Positions 30,146-40,191 of a DNA stretch of 64,000 bases are shown here, piece after piece. Numbering within the stretch: the first letter of the stretch is position 1; each line of letters begins with the position of its first letter. The DNA is taken from NCBI GenBank assembly GCA_947447485.1, contig CANFJP010000001.1, positions 1,145 to 65,144 of the forward strand, read 5' to 3'. Both the position numbers and the translations under genes were made by a program. This stretch comes from Chitinophagaceae bacterium. Its GTDB lineage: Bacteria; Bacteroidota; Bacteroidia; Chitinophagales; Chitinophagaceae. Below the pieces are notes generated by a model. That model saw only the letters and a program-made list of their open reading frames with translations, was not told the origin of the DNA and did no database searches.

Positions 30146-31021
30146 ATGCTTAAATCAATGACTGGTTTTGGAAGGTCAGAAAAAACAATAGGTGAAAAAA
30201 CTTTCTTAGTTGAAGTAAAAGCATTAAACGGAAAACAATTTGAATTACAACTCAAATTGCCTCCATTGCTTAAGCCATATGAATTTGACATTCGAAACAT
30301 ATTACAAGAGCAGCTGGTAAGAGGAACGGTGGATTGTTATGTCAGTATCAAGCAAAATGGTGCATCAAGGCCCGTAATCATCAATACAGACCTGATAAAG
30401 GCCTATTATGCCCAAATCAAAGACCTGGCAGCTGAACTACAAATAGACACCAATGCGGTGTTAAGCTCACTTTTAAGACTCCCAGAAGTGGTTAGTCCAA
30501 GTAACGAAATTATAAATGAGGGCGATTTCAATGATTTCAAAAAAGTGCTTATCAGTGCTTTAAGTGAGTTAAATAATCATCGCGAAGAAGAAGGAGCTTC
30601 TTTACAAAAAGATCTCTTAAGTAGGATTGATAATATTAAAACCCAAGAAGAGGCTATTTTGGTTTTAGAGCCCAATAGAAAAGTTAGAATTAAAGATGAA
30701 ATCAATAAACTATTAAACGAACATGTAGGGAAAGACAATATAGATAACAACAGAATGGAACAAGAATTAATTTATTACATGGAAAAAATTGATATTCATG
30801 AAGAGCAGATTCGATTGCGTCAGCATTGCGAATATTTTAATGATATCATTCATGGAACGGATATAAGTAAAGGGAAAAAGCTTTCTTTTCTTCTTCAAGA
30901 GATTGGAAGAGAAATCAATACTACTGGCAGTAAAGCCTATGATGCTGATATTCAAAAATGTGTTGTGAAAATGAAAGATGAACTTGAAAAAGCAAAAGAA
31001 CAAATCTTAAACGTATTATAA
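30146..31021 (+). CDS. YicC/YloC family endoribonuclease
   Basis: MLKSMTGFGR; GKKLSFLLQEIGREINTTGSKA; KEQILNVL. Confidence 0.93.
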   Translation: MLKSMTGFGRSEKTIGEKTFLVEVKALNGKQFELQLKLPPLLKPYEFDIRNILQEQLVRGTVDCYVSIKQNGASRPVIINTDLIKAYYAQIKDLAAELQIDTNAVLSSLLRLPEVVSPSNEIINEGDFNDFKKVLISALSELNNHREEEGASLQKDLLSRIDNIKTQEEAILVLEPNRKVRIKDEINKLLNEHVGKDNIDNNRMEQELIYYMEKIDIHEEQIRLRQHCEYFNDIIHGTDISKGKKLSFLLQEIGREINTTGSKAYDADIQKCVVKMKDELEKAKEQILNVL

Positions 31022-31045
31022 GTTTTTAAATTTTTCTGACAAACA

Positions 31046-31528
31046 ATGAAAGGTCTTATAAAAAATCATTCGTATTTAATGGTGTTGGCGTTTTTATATA
31101 CTATTGGATGTTCTTCTTGCGGCCAAGTGGAAGTATTTGAAAAAAACACCCCCTTTGTAAAACACGAATGGAGAAGCATCGATACGGCAAAAGGTGTTTT
31201 TAATATATCAGATACCTCTTCGGTATATAATATATACATTGTATTGCGCCATACGGATGCCTATAAATACAATAATATTTGGCTGCTCGCGGGGATTCAA
31301 CAGCCCGGAGATTCTATGCATTATCAAAAGGTCAATCTTTCACTGGGCGATGATGCAAATGGTTGGGAAGGGAGTGGAATGAATGATATTTGGGAAGTAA
31401 GAAAACCTTTTGGTTATTATAAGTTCAGTAAAAAAGGGGATTATCGTTTTAGCTTGACTAATATCATGAGAGATGATCCACTTTTGCATATGATGAGCGC
31501 AGGAATGCGTGTGGTAAAAGCAAATTGA
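31046..31528 (+). CDS. gldH: Gliding motility lipoprotein GldH
   Basis: Lipobox CSSC; LRHTDAYKYNNIWL; GWEGSG; IMRDDPL...GMRV. Confidence 0.85.
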   Translation: MKGLIKNHSYLMVLAFLYTIGCSSCGQVEVFEKNTPFVKHEWRSIDTAKGVFNISDTSSVYNIYIVLRHTDAYKYNNIWLLAGIQQPGDSMHYQKVNLSLGDDANGWEGSGMNDIWEVRKPFGYYKFSKKGDYRFSLTNIMRDDPLLHMMSAGMRVVKAN

Positions 31529-31658
31529 ACATTTTTAATTCCTTAAACCTCTGTTAATTATATTGCTATTTTCTAATTTCTTACTTTAGTATTATCAATT
31601 AATGTAGGTTGGCATATATTTACACTCTATTAAACAGAATCTAATAAAACTTATCAAA

Positions 31659-32510
31659 GTGAATCGAATTATTATTATTTTTTTAGCATCACTACTTAGT
31701 GGAAATTCTTTTGCTCAATCGAATGGTTATTTTCATGATGGTGAATTTGGTGTAACGGTTGGAGTAGCTCATTATTTTGGCGACTTAAATACTAAGCTTG
31801 GATTAAATCAGCCCAAACCCTCTGTAGGAGTGTTTTTCAGGAAACAGTTTGGTAATTACATAGGCGTTAGAGCTGCTGGAAGATTTACTCAATTAGGTTA
31901 CAGCGACACATACAGCAAGAACACTTATCAAAAAACTAGAAACCTTAGTTTCAATTCTAATGTATATGAATTCGCCCTGCAAGGTGATTTTAACTTCTTT
32001 AAATATATACCAGGAGATGCTGCCTATAACTTTACGCCCTATGTTACTTTAGGAGTTGGCGTGTTTAGTTATGATCCATACGCTTATTATCGTGGCACCA
32101 AAGTTTTTCTTCGTCCGCTTGGAACAGAAGGCCAAAATGGAGGCTACCTAGGAAGAAAACCTTACGGAACAACTGCCTTTAGCATCCCTTTTGGAGTGGG
32201 AGTGAAGTACAGCATTAACCAAAAAATGAATATTTCTTTTGAAGTAACCCAACATTTTACTACAACAGATTATTTAGATGACGTAAGCACCACGTACGCC
32301 CCAAAGAATCCTTATTTTCCGGATGTGCCATCAGGATATTCGCTTGCCTATTTAATGCAGGACCGATCTTATGAAATAGATCCCAATAACCCACTTAGCA
32401 ATACACCAGGCAGACAAAGAGGCTGGAGCAAACAAAAAGATCAGTTTGTTGTTGCTGAAATTGGCGTATCCTTTAATATTGGAAGTTATCGTTGCCCAAC
32501 AGTCAACTAA
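31659..32510 (+). CDS. DUF6089 outer-membrane beta-barrel, PorG-like by synteny
   Basis: Signal peptide; YFGDLN, RNLSFNS, TDYLDDVS; directly upstream of uppS-bamA-skp-skp as porG is in Porphyromonas. Confidence 0.7.
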   Translation: MNRIIIIFLASLLSGNSFAQSNGYFHDGEFGVTVGVAHYFGDLNTKLGLNQPKPSVGVFFRKQFGNYIGVRAAGRFTQLGYSDTYSKNTYQKTRNLSFNSNVYEFALQGDFNFFKYIPGDAAYNFTPYVTLGVGVFSYDPYAYYRGTKVFLRPLGTEGQNGGYLGRKPYGTTAFSIPFGVGVKYSINQKMNISFEVTQHFTTTDYLDDVSTTYAPKNPYFPDVPSGYSLAYLMQDRSYEIDPNNPLSNTPGRQRGWSKQKDQFVVAEIGVSFNIGSYRCPTVN

Positions 32511-32535
32511 TTGTATATCATCATATTATAATCTT

Positions 32536-32563
32536 AAGCCGATACGCATTGTATCGGCTTTTT
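32536..32563 (+). terminator. Intrinsic terminator
   Basis: AAGCCGATAC-gcatt-GTATCGGCTT-TTT. Confidence 0.85.
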
Positions 32564-32644
32564 ATTTACAATAGCTGCATAGTAAAATAAATTTCCCTCC
32601 TTCAAAGATTGATGCTATTTGAAGGGATTCTCTTAAATATTGGT

Positions 32645-32652
32645 TACTTTTG
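32645..32652 (+). promoter_or_regulatory. -7 element TACTTTTG of the uppS-bamA block
   Basis: Exact TAnnTTTG. Confidence 0.65.
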
Positions 32653-32686
32653 CTGCCCTATTGAATAGGTCAAATAGAGTGATTGT

Positions 32687-33430
32687 ATGAGTGTTAGAAA
32701 CGCAATTCAGGTGGAGCATCTTCCAAAGCATATTGCCATTATAATGGATGGCAACGGGCGATGGGCAAAAGAAAAGGGACAAGATCGCCTTTTTGGACAT
32801 CTTCATGGAGTAGAAAGTGTTAGAGATATTGTAGAAGGTGCCGCTGAATTAGGGATTGAATATTTAACGCTGTATGCTTTCAGTACAGAAAACTGGGATA
32901 GACCAGAGGAGGAAGTTGCTGGGTTAATGGAATTATTGGTTGACACCATTCGAAAAGAAGTTCCAACCCTTAATAAAAATAAAATTAGACTGCATGTAAT
33001 TGGTGACGCAAGTATGTTGCCAGCAAACGCAAAGAAAGAATTAGCAGAAGCAATCAATGAAACAAAAGACAATCAAGGGCTTAATCTTGTTATGGCACTT
33101 AGTTACAGCAGCAGATGGGAAATCGTCAATGCAGTAAAGTCAATCGCCTCAGCAGTGGAGGAAGGAAGGCTAGAATCGAAAAATATTACTCAAGATACGT
33201 TTCAACAATATTTAACAACGGCCTCATTTCCTGATCCAGAATTGATGATACGGACTAGTGGGGAATATAGAATTAGTAATTTCTTATTATATCAGCTTGC
33301 TTACGCTGAATTATATTTTACTAGTACACTTTGGCCCGATTTTAGAAAAGAGAATTTGTATGAAGCAATTGTAGATTTTCAACAGAGAGAGAGAAGATTT
33401 GGTAAAACAGGAGATCAATTAAAAAAATAA
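32687..33430 (+). CDS. uppS: Undecaprenyl diphosphate synthase (isoprenyl transferase)
   Basis: HIAIIMDGNGRWA, YAFSTENW, IRTSGEYRISNFLLYQ. Confidence 0.97.
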   Translation: MSVRNAIQVEHLPKHIAIIMDGNGRWAKEKGQDRLFGHLHGVESVRDIVEGAAELGIEYLTLYAFSTENWDRPEEEVAGLMELLVDTIRKEVPTLNKNKIRLHVIGDASMLPANAKKELAEAINETKDNQGLNLVMALSYSSRWEIVNAVKSIASAVEEGRLESKNITQDTFQQYLTTASFPDPELMIRTSGEYRISNFLLYQLAYAELYFTSTLWPDFRKENLYEAIVDFQQRERRFGKTGDQLKK

Positions 33431-33579
33431 ACTAGTAATAATGGGGTAATGCCTATTATTCAGATACAATAAATCAATCAACAGGCCGCTATTTATTCAT
33501 AGATGAATCAATGGAAGCCTTCATTTAACAAATAGTTTTCATTAATGGGCTTAATTTGCCCATCGTAAAATACCAATTG

Positions 33580-36306
33580 ATGCGTAGGAATTCCCCGAAA
33601 CTTTTACTTATTACCTGTTTACTCTTGACAAGTCAGTATTTATTGGCTCAAATAGATACATTGCCTGTATCTGTAAACCCTGCTTTGCAAGAACTATTGA
33701 ATTCTAAGTACCCCAAAAATTACACGATTGGTGGAATTACAGTAAAAGGAACGAATGCGTTTGATCCAAATTTAATTATTTCTATATCTGGATTGGCCGT
33801 TGGAGATAAAGTTCAGTTGCCAGGCTCAGATGTATTTGGTAAAGCCATCGCTAAACTATGGAAGCAAAGCCTTGTGTCTAGTGTTGATATTTATATTGTT
33901 AAACTAGAAGAGTCTACTATTTTCTTAGAGCTAGAAATAAAAGAACGTCCAAGATTAATTGACTATAATTTTATTGGCATTAAGAAAGGAGAAAAAGATG
34001 ATTTGGAAACAAAAATTGGATTAGCCAAAGACAGGGTGCTTACTGAAAATATGAAATTAAGTGCTGTTGAGGTAATCCGTAAATTCTTCTACGAAAAAGG
34101 GTATAGAAATGTCAATATTGCATTAGCAGAAAATGCTGTATCGGGTATTGCAAATGGGACTTCACTAACATTCACTATTAACAAAGGAAATAAAGTAAAA
34201 ATTAATTCTATCAATTTTACTGGAAATGAAATAGTGCGTGATTTGAAACTTAAAAAACAAATGAAGGGTACCAAGGAAATGACAAGAGTTTCGTTGTATC
34301 CTAATACGCCAGCTAGCCCATACGGAGATACGTCAAAAGGAATTACAAGAAAACAATATCTAAACGAATTAGGTTTTTTATCTTTTACAAAAACCAAAGA
34401 ATATATTGATCCTTATATTAGGGTAAAAGGGTTTAGTGGTTCTAAGTTTAGCGAAACAAAATACAGTGAAGACAAAGAGAAGGTGCTTGAATATTATAAT
34501 TCTCAAGGATTAAGAGATGCGGCAATTGTTGCAGATACTCAGGTTGTAAACACCAAAGGGAATCTTGACATTGACATCAAAGTAAATGAAGGGCGTAAGT
34601 ATTATTTTGGTGACCTAACTTGGAGAGGGAATACTAAATATTCAGATTCTATTTTAAATATTCTTTTGGGAATAAACAAAGGAGATATCTATAATCTTGA
34701 ATTATTAAATAAACGCTTGGGGAAACAGCTTTCTCAAGAAGGAGGCGATATTAGTAGTTTATATCAAGATGACGGGTATTTGTTTTTTAGATTAGATCCT
34801 ATTGAGACGGCTGTATATAACGATACAATTGATTTTGAAATCAGAATGACTGAAGGCCCACAGGCAACTTACGGTAAGATAACGGTTACGGGGAATGATA
34901 AAACAAAGGATTATGTAGTATTGCGTGAAATGCGTACGGTACCAGGTCAAAAATTTAGTCGTGCAGATATTATTCGTACACAAAGAGAATTGTCTCAGCT
35001 AGGATTTTTTAATCCTGAAAAAATAAGCCCTAATGTAGTCCCTAATTCTGATAATGGAACGGTTGATATTAATTGGGAAGTAGAAGAGAAGTCCTCTGAT
35101 CAGCTAGAGTTATCTGCTGGTTTTGGTGGCGGTATAGGTCTTACTGGAACGCTTGGAGTTACCTTTAATAATTTTTCTATTAAGAACATTGGAACTAAGT
35201 CTACTTGGGATCCTTTGCCTTCTGGCGATGGTCAACGGCTTAGCTTACGAGCGCAATCTAACGGACGTGCATATAGGTCTTATAATTTTTCATTTACTGA
35301 GCCATGGCTTGGAGGGAAAAAGAGAAACTCGTTTTCTATAAGTTATTTTAATACAAAATATGCCAATGCAATTAATGCTTATGGTGGGTATTGCAAATCT
35401 TGTGGAGATACATCTTATGTTAAAACAGTTGGCTTTGGTCTTTCTTTAGGAAAGCAATTGAAATGGCCAGATGATTATTTTAATTTGGTATATGCTCTAA
35501 ACTTTCAACAGTATAAATTAAGAAATTATAGCAACATTTTTAGCGGGCTTAGTAATGGAGTTTCAACAAATATTAGTATGAAAATTTCATTGCTTCGAAA
35601 CTCTGCTGGTCCTAATCCTATTTTCCCTACAAGTGGATCTAATTTTTTATTGAGTGGTCAATTTACCCTTCCTTATTCTTTGCTAGGAATTTCATCTAAT
35701 ACAAAAAACAAGTATGAACTTCCTGAATTTCACAAATGGCGTTTCAGCGGTGATTGGTATACCCCAATAGGCAGAGCAAGAGGAGCGGATAAAAACAAAC
35801 AATTTATTTTAAAAGCTTCAGCAAAATATGGCTTTATTGGAAAATACAATTCCAATTTGGATATTTCGCCTTTCGAACGGTTTCAGTTAGGAGATGCTGG
35901 ATTGAGCAATACTTATGCATTGCTTGGATACGATATCATTGCACATAGAGGCTATCCTGTATACAGCAACTCTAATCCTAAAATAAATCCTGATGGCGGC
36001 ACTCCTGCTCAGTATTTTACAATTTTTAATAAGTATACCGTAGAATTGCGCTATCCTTTCAGTACGAGTGCAAGCAGTACTATTTATGGTCTAACATTCT
36101 TTGAAGCAGCCAATGGCTGGTATCAATTCAAGGATTACAATCCATTTAAATTACGCAGATCAGTGGGTGTGGGAATGCGTTTCTTCCTTCCAATGTTTGG
36201 ATTACTTGGATTTGATTATGGAGTTGGTATTGATAGGTACAATCAAACAACGGGAATCAAGGGCGCTGCGAAATTTACTTTTATGCTTGGACAAGAAGCA
36301 GAATAA
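33580..36306 (+). CDS. bamA: Outer-membrane protein assembly factor BamA
   Basis: Start moved to ATG 33580; POTRA repeats; RSVGVGMRFFLPMFGLLGFDYG C-terminus. Confidence 0.93.
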   Translation: MRRNSPKLLLITCLLLTSQYLLAQIDTLPVSVNPALQELLNSKYPKNYTIGGITVKGTNAFDPNLIISISGLAVGDKVQLPGSDVFGKAIAKLWKQSLVSSVDIYIVKLEESTIFLELEIKERPRLIDYNFIGIKKGEKDDLETKIGLAKDRVLTENMKLSAVEVIRKFFYEKGYRNVNIALAENAVSGIANGTSLTFTINKGNKVKINSINFTGNEIVRDLKLKKQMKGTKEMTRVSLYPNTPASPYGDTSKGITRKQYLNELGFLSFTKTKEYIDPYIRVKGFSGSKFSETKYSEDKEKVLEYYNSQGLRDAAIVADTQVVNTKGNLDIDIKVNEGRKYYFGDLTWRGNTKYSDSILNILLGINKGDIYNLELLNKRLGKQLSQEGGDISSLYQDDGYLFFRLDPIETAVYNDTIDFEIRMTEGPQATYGKITVTGNDKTKDYVVLREMRTVPGQKFSRADIIRTQRELSQLGFFNPEKISPNVVPNSDNGTVDINWEVEEKSSDQLELSAGFGGGIGLTGTLGVTFNNFSIKNIGTKSTWDPLPSGDGQRLSLRAQSNGRAYRSYNFSFTEPWLGGKKRNSFSISYFNTKYANAINAYGGYCKSCGDTSYVKTVGFGLSLGKQLKWPDDYFNLVYALNFQQYKLRNYSNIFSGLSNGVSTNISMKISLLRNSAGPNPIFPTSGSNFLLSGQFTLPYSLLGISSNTKNKYELPEFHKWRFSGDWYTPIGRARGADKNKQFILKASAKYGFIGKYNSNLDISPFERFQLGDAGLSNTYALLGYDIIAHRGYPVYSNSNPKINPDGGTPAQYFTIFNKYTVELRYPFSTSASSTIYGLTFFEAANGWYQFKDYNPFKLRRSVGVGMRFFLPMFGLLGFDYGVGIDRYNQTTGIKGAAKFTFMLGQEAE

Positions 36307-36354
36307 TTATTTAAATTAAAAGAGTTAACTATATTAAGCATTAAAAAGCAACCA

Positions 36355-36867
36355 ATGAAAAGATTTATAATTCCAGCTTTCGCATTGCTTTTATTTTCAT
36401 TTACTGCTCATGCTCAAAGGTATGCAGTCATAGATTCAAAATACATCTTGGAAAAAATTCCGGAGTATAAAACTGCACAACAAAAATTAGATCAACTTAG
36501 CGAGCTTTGGCAACAAGAAATAGATCAAAAGCAAGTCGCTATTGATAAGATGAACAAAGAATTTGAAGCCGAACAAGTAATGCTTCCAGATAATCTAAAA
36601 AAGAAAAGAGAAGACGAGATTTTTAATAAACAAAAAGAGCTTCAAGACTTACAACGCAAACGCTACGGATTTGAAGGGGATTTGTTTAAAAAAAGACAAG
36701 AATTCATTAAGCCGCTTCAAGATAAGGTTTACAATGCAGTTCAAAAGCTAGCGGTGGAGAAGCAATATGATTTCATCCTAGATAAAAGTGCAGGAATTAC
36801 CGTTATATTTGCCGACCCTAAATTAGACAAAAGCGAAGAAATTTTAAAAAGTATCGGGGTAAAATAG
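36355..36867 (+). CDS. OmpH/Skp periplasmic chaperone
   Basis: Signal peptide; AVIDSKYIL; coiled coil; YDFILDK. Confidence 0.9.
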   Translation: MKRFIIPAFALLLFSFTAHAQRYAVIDSKYILEKIPEYKTAQQKLDQLSELWQQEIDQKQVAIDKMNKEFEAEQVMLPDNLKKKREDEIFNKQKELQDLQRKRYGFEGDLFKKRQEFIKPLQDKVYNAVQKLAVEKQYDFILDKSAGITVIFADPKLDKSEEILKSIGVK

Positions 36868-36995
36868 CTTTATAAGTAGTTTCATATTTTTGAAATGATT
36901 CATTGACAATACAATTTTATATAACAAGCAAAACAAACACATAACATATCTTTGATAGGGTATGTGATACAATCTAAAAAACAAAAAAATAACAC

Positions 36996-37532
36996 ATGAA
37001 AAAACTAGTCGTATTAGCTGCAATGGCTTTGAGTATTTTCGGGGCATCTGCACAAAACAAGGGAGTGGTTGCACAAAGTAAAATCGGATATATTAGTACC
37101 GATGAATTAATTGGAGCGATGCCAGAAGCTCAAAAAGCTGATGCTGAACTAAAAGAGTATCAAACTTCTTTGGCTCAACAGGGGCAGGACATGATGAAAG
37201 AACTTAATGATAAAGACAGCCTTTTTGTTAGAGATTCTGTAAAATTATCTCCTAGTATGAAAGAAATTAAAAGGAATGAATTAATTGCTTTATATCAACG
37301 TGCTCAAAATTGGAATCAACAAGCTCAAGAGATGTATCAACAAGAGACTCAGAAAAAAATTGCTCCATTGCGTACAAAAGCATTGGACGCTATCAGGGCT
37401 GTGTCTTCAGAGAATGGATATAGTTATATCCTTGATATAAACTCTGTAATTGTTGGACCTCCAGGAGATGATGTGCTAGCTTTAGTAAAAAAGAAATTAG
37501 GCATTAAAGAAGCACCAGCTAAAAAACCTTAA
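36996..37532 (+). CDS. Second OmpH/Skp chaperone
   Basis: KIGYISTDELIGAMPE; coiled coil; YSYILD; TATCTTTG -7 element at 36947-36954. Confidence 0.9.
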   Translation: MKKLVVLAAMALSIFGASAQNKGVVAQSKIGYISTDELIGAMPEAQKADAELKEYQTSLAQQGQDMMKELNDKDSLFVRDSVKLSPSMKEIKRNELIALYQRAQNWNQQAQEMYQQETQKKIAPLRTKALDAIRAVSSENGYSYILDINSVIVGPPGDDVLALVKKKLGIKEAPAKKP

Positions 37533-37553
37533 TATTGAATTAATAAAACATAG

Positions 37554-37584
37554 AAGCCACCTCACTGAATACGAGGTGGCTTTA
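37554..37584 (+). terminator. Intrinsic terminator
   Basis: AAGCCACCTC-n9-GAGGTGGCTT. Confidence 0.8.
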
Positions 37585-37597
37585 TTATTTTTGAATA

Positions 37598-38422
37598 ATG
37601 ATCAAACAACCTATTGGCATTTTTGATAGCGGGTATGGCGGTCTCACCATTTTAAAGGAAATCGTGGAGACGCTTCCTCAATACGATTATTTGTATTTGG
37701 GAGACAACGCACGTGCGCCATATGGTATCAAGGATTTTGAAACGGTGTATGAGTATACATTACAATCGGTAAAGTGGTTTTTCAATCAAGGCTGTTCGTT
37801 GGTTATACTCGCATGCAACACCGCATCTGCAAAAGCATTGCGTACCATTCAGCAAAATGATTTACCCAATATAGATATCAATAAAAGAGTATTAGGTGTC
37901 ATCAGGCCTACTTCAGAAGTTATTGGAACATTCAGTAAGTCAAAACATGTGGGAGTTTTGGGGACTACAGGAACTGTTCAATCTAATTCTTATGTAATTG
38001 AAATAGATAAATTTTTCCCACACATTACAATAACTCAAGAGGCTTGTCCAGAATGGGTTTCTTTGGTTGAAAACAATCAATGTGCCTCAGCTGAAGCAGA
38101 TCATTATGTGAAAATGCACATTGATCAATTACTTAAAAAAGACAATAATATTGATACCATTTTGCTAGGATGTACCCACTATCCATTGCTATTAAATACC
38201 ATCCAACAGTATACCCCTAAAAATATTTCAATCGTTTCTCAAGGCAAAATTATAGCCAATAGCTTGCAAGCGTATTTGACCCGACATCCTCAAATAGAGC
38301 TCAACTGTAGTAAAAATGGGTCTAGGACTTTCTTTACGACAGGAGATTCTACAGATTTCAACAATCATGCGAGTCTTTTTTATGGAGAACAAATAGCTGC
38401 CAATCAAGTTATTTTGCCTTAA
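37598..38422 (+). CDS. murI: Glutamate racemase
   Basis: IGIFDSGYGGLT, LACNTAS, LGCTHYP. Confidence 0.97.
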   Translation: MIKQPIGIFDSGYGGLTILKEIVETLPQYDYLYLGDNARAPYGIKDFETVYEYTLQSVKWFFNQGCSLVILACNTASAKALRTIQQNDLPNIDINKRVLGVIRPTSEVIGTFSKSKHVGVLGTTGTVQSNSYVIEIDKFFPHITITQEACPEWVSLVENNQCASAEADHYVKMHIDQLLKKDNNIDTILLGCTHYPLLLNTIQQYTPKNISIVSQGKIIANSLQAYLTRHPQIELNCSKNGSRTFFTTGDSTDFNNHASLFYGEQIAANQVILP

Positions 38423-38499
38423 AAGCCCCTTTTTTTACTTAAAAATACCCCTTTGGGCGATTTTCTTCCATTTCGTTTCATAATTTATCTTGAAAACCA

Positions 38500-38507
38500 T
38501 ACCTTTG
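38500..38507 (+). promoter_or_regulatory. -7 element TACCTTTG of rpmH
   Basis: Exact TAnnTTTG, about 80 nt before ATG. Confidence 0.7.
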
Positions 38508-38590
38508 CCGTCCTTTCACAAGAAGCCGGGATGGTGCCTGGCCGATGAAAACAACTTAACAACATTTGTAAAAGGAAAAAATAAACAACA

Positions 38591-38758
38591 ATGCCAGGTA
38601 AAAAAAGAACATACCAACCCCATACTCGCCGTAGAAAATCTGTACATGGATTTCGTGCACGTATGCAAGATGCAAATGGCCGTAAAGTTTTGGCTAGCCG
38701 CAGATCAAAAGGACGTCATAAATTGACTGTTTCTGATGAGCACGGTTCAAAAAAATAG
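38591..38758 (+). CDS. rpmH: 50S ribosomal protein L34 (55 aa; not in ORF track)
   Basis: Hand translation [55 protein letters not shown]; directly upstream of rnpA. Confidence 0.97.
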   Translation: MPGKKRTYQPHTRRRKSVHGFRARMQDANGRKVLASRRSKGRHKLTVSDEHGSKK

Positions 38759-38783
38759 ATTCAATTCTTGAATATCATTATAT

Positions 38784-38810
38784 AGCCTTTGCTCTTGCAG
38801 AGGCTTTTTT
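38784..38810 (+). terminator. Terminator between rpmH and rnpA
   Basis: AGCCTTTGC-tctt-GCAGAGGCT-TTTTT. Confidence 0.75.
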
Positions 38811-38830
38811 AATGCAACGAATTCATTAAC

Positions 38831-39238
38831 TTGTCAATATTGAAAATACAGCAACGATATTTTTTAGGAAAAGAGGATAAGCTAAAAAGCAGAAAAGTTA
38901 TTCAGCAACTTTTTGAAGAAGGCAAACAAATAACTGTTTTCCCCTTAAAAGCAATCTGGATGACCGGGGCTCCGCCATCGAGTCTGCAAGCTGCCGTTTC
39001 GGTGAGTGCTCGTCATTTTAAAAAAGCAGTGGATAGAAATCGGATTAAAAGACTCATCAGAGAATCTTACAGGTTACAGAAAAACGAATTGTCATCTCAC
39101 CTTATTCAAAAAGACAAACAACTCTCTGTATTTTTTATTTTTATAGGAAATGAACTTCCCCACTATCAATTGGTTTCAGATGCTTGTGGCAAGTTGTTAA
39201 AAAAATTAATTCTACTCACTGATGAAAACAATCAATAA
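38831..39238 (+). CDS. rnpA: Ribonuclease P protein component
   Basis: [14 protein letters not shown]; RNR motif [18 protein letters not shown]; TTG start uncertain. Confidence 0.92.
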   Translation: MSILKIQQRYFLGKEDKLKSRKVIQQLFEEGKQITVFPLKAIWMTGAPPSSLQAAVSVSARHFKKAVDRNRIKRLIRESYRLQKNELSSHLIQKDKQLSVFFIFIGNELPHYQLVSDACGKLLKKLILLTDENNQ

Positions 39239-39452
39239 AATATTGAGCCTTCCGTTTGTGTTTTTAATTAAGTGCTATCAATTAATATTGTCACCTATTA
39301 TTGGCCCAAAATGTAGGTATACGCCTACCTGCTCACATTATGGAGTAGAAGCGTTTAAAAAATATGGCCCTATCAAAGGCGGCTGGCTTACAATTAAGCG
39401 AATCAGTAGCTGTCATCCTTGGGGAGGTCAGGGATACGACCCTGTTCCTTAA
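39222..39452 (+). CDS. yidD: Membrane protein insertion efficiency factor YidD
   Basis: [11 protein letters not shown]...[17 protein letters not shown]. Confidence 0.95.
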   Translation: MKTINKILSLPFVFLIKCYQLILSPIIGPKCRYTPTCSHYGVEAFKKYGPIKGGWLTIKRISSCHPWGGQGYDPVP

Positions 39453-39464
39453 ATAATATTCAAT

Positions 39465-39491
39465 AAAAAAGCTGCCCAAAAGAGCAGCTTT
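39465..39491. terminator. Bidirectional terminator
   Basis: AAAGCTGC-n8-GCAGCTTT between convergent yidD and sod. Confidence 0.75.
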
Positions 39492-39512
39492 CATTTTATA
39501 AGTTCGTTTTAA

Positions 39513-40118
39513 TTACAACGCAGCAATCATTCTTTCTTCTACTACTTTCCAATTAACTACATTCCAAAAGGCAGCTAAATAATCTGCACGCCTGTTTTGG
39601 TATTTTAAATAATAAGCATGTTCCCACACATCAGCACCTAAGATCGGCGTTCCCTTTACTTCTGTTACATCCATTAATGGATTGTCTTGATTAGGAGTAG
39701 AGCTAATTTCTAATTTACCGTCTTTTACAATTAACCATGCCCACCCACTTCCAAATCTTGTCATTCCAGCTTGATTGAATTTTTCTTTAAATGCATCAAA
39801 TGATCCAAAAGCAGCATTGATAGCCTCTGCAATTTTTCCGGTAGGTGCACCACCGGCACTAGGCGACATACTTGCCCAAAAGAAAGTATGATTCCAATGA
39901 CCGCCGCCATTATTTCTAACAGCTACACTGATGCTTCCTGCATGTTTTACCAATTCTTCAATCGTCTTATTTTCATGTTCAGTACCAGCGATTGCTTTAT
40001 TTAAATTGTCTACATATGCTTGATGATGCTTGCCATGATGAATCTGCATGGTTTGCGAATCGATATGTGGTTCTAGCGCTTCATGTGCGTAGGGTAGTGC
40101 TCCTAAAGTAAATGCCAT
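39513..40118 (-). CDS. Fe/Mn superoxide dismutase
   Basis: [30 protein letters not shown]; metal specificity not assigned. Confidence 0.97.
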   Translation of the reverse strand: MAFTLGALPYAHEALEPHIDSQTMQIHHGKHHQAYVDNLNKAIAGTEHENKTIEELVKHAGSISVAVRNNGGGHWNHTFFWASMSPSAGGAPTGKIAEAINAAFGSFDAFKEKFNQAGMTRFGSGWAWLIVKDGKLEISSTPNQDNPLMDVTEVKGTPILGADVWEHAYYLKYQNRRADYLAAFWNVVNWKVVEERMIAAL

Positions 40119-40191
40119 AATGATATGTTTGATTTAAAAAATATATTTCTGCGAAGGTAATGTCTTATTGATTTCAAGCATATGATTATTA

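Noticed and set aside
31608-31625. TGGCATATATTTAC as a sigma-54 promoter for the porG-like gene
   Set aside because: No GC at the required GG-N10-GC spacing
38490-38726. 78-aa plus-strand ORF from the track
   Set aside because: Wrong frame; the real gene is rpmH (38591-38758)
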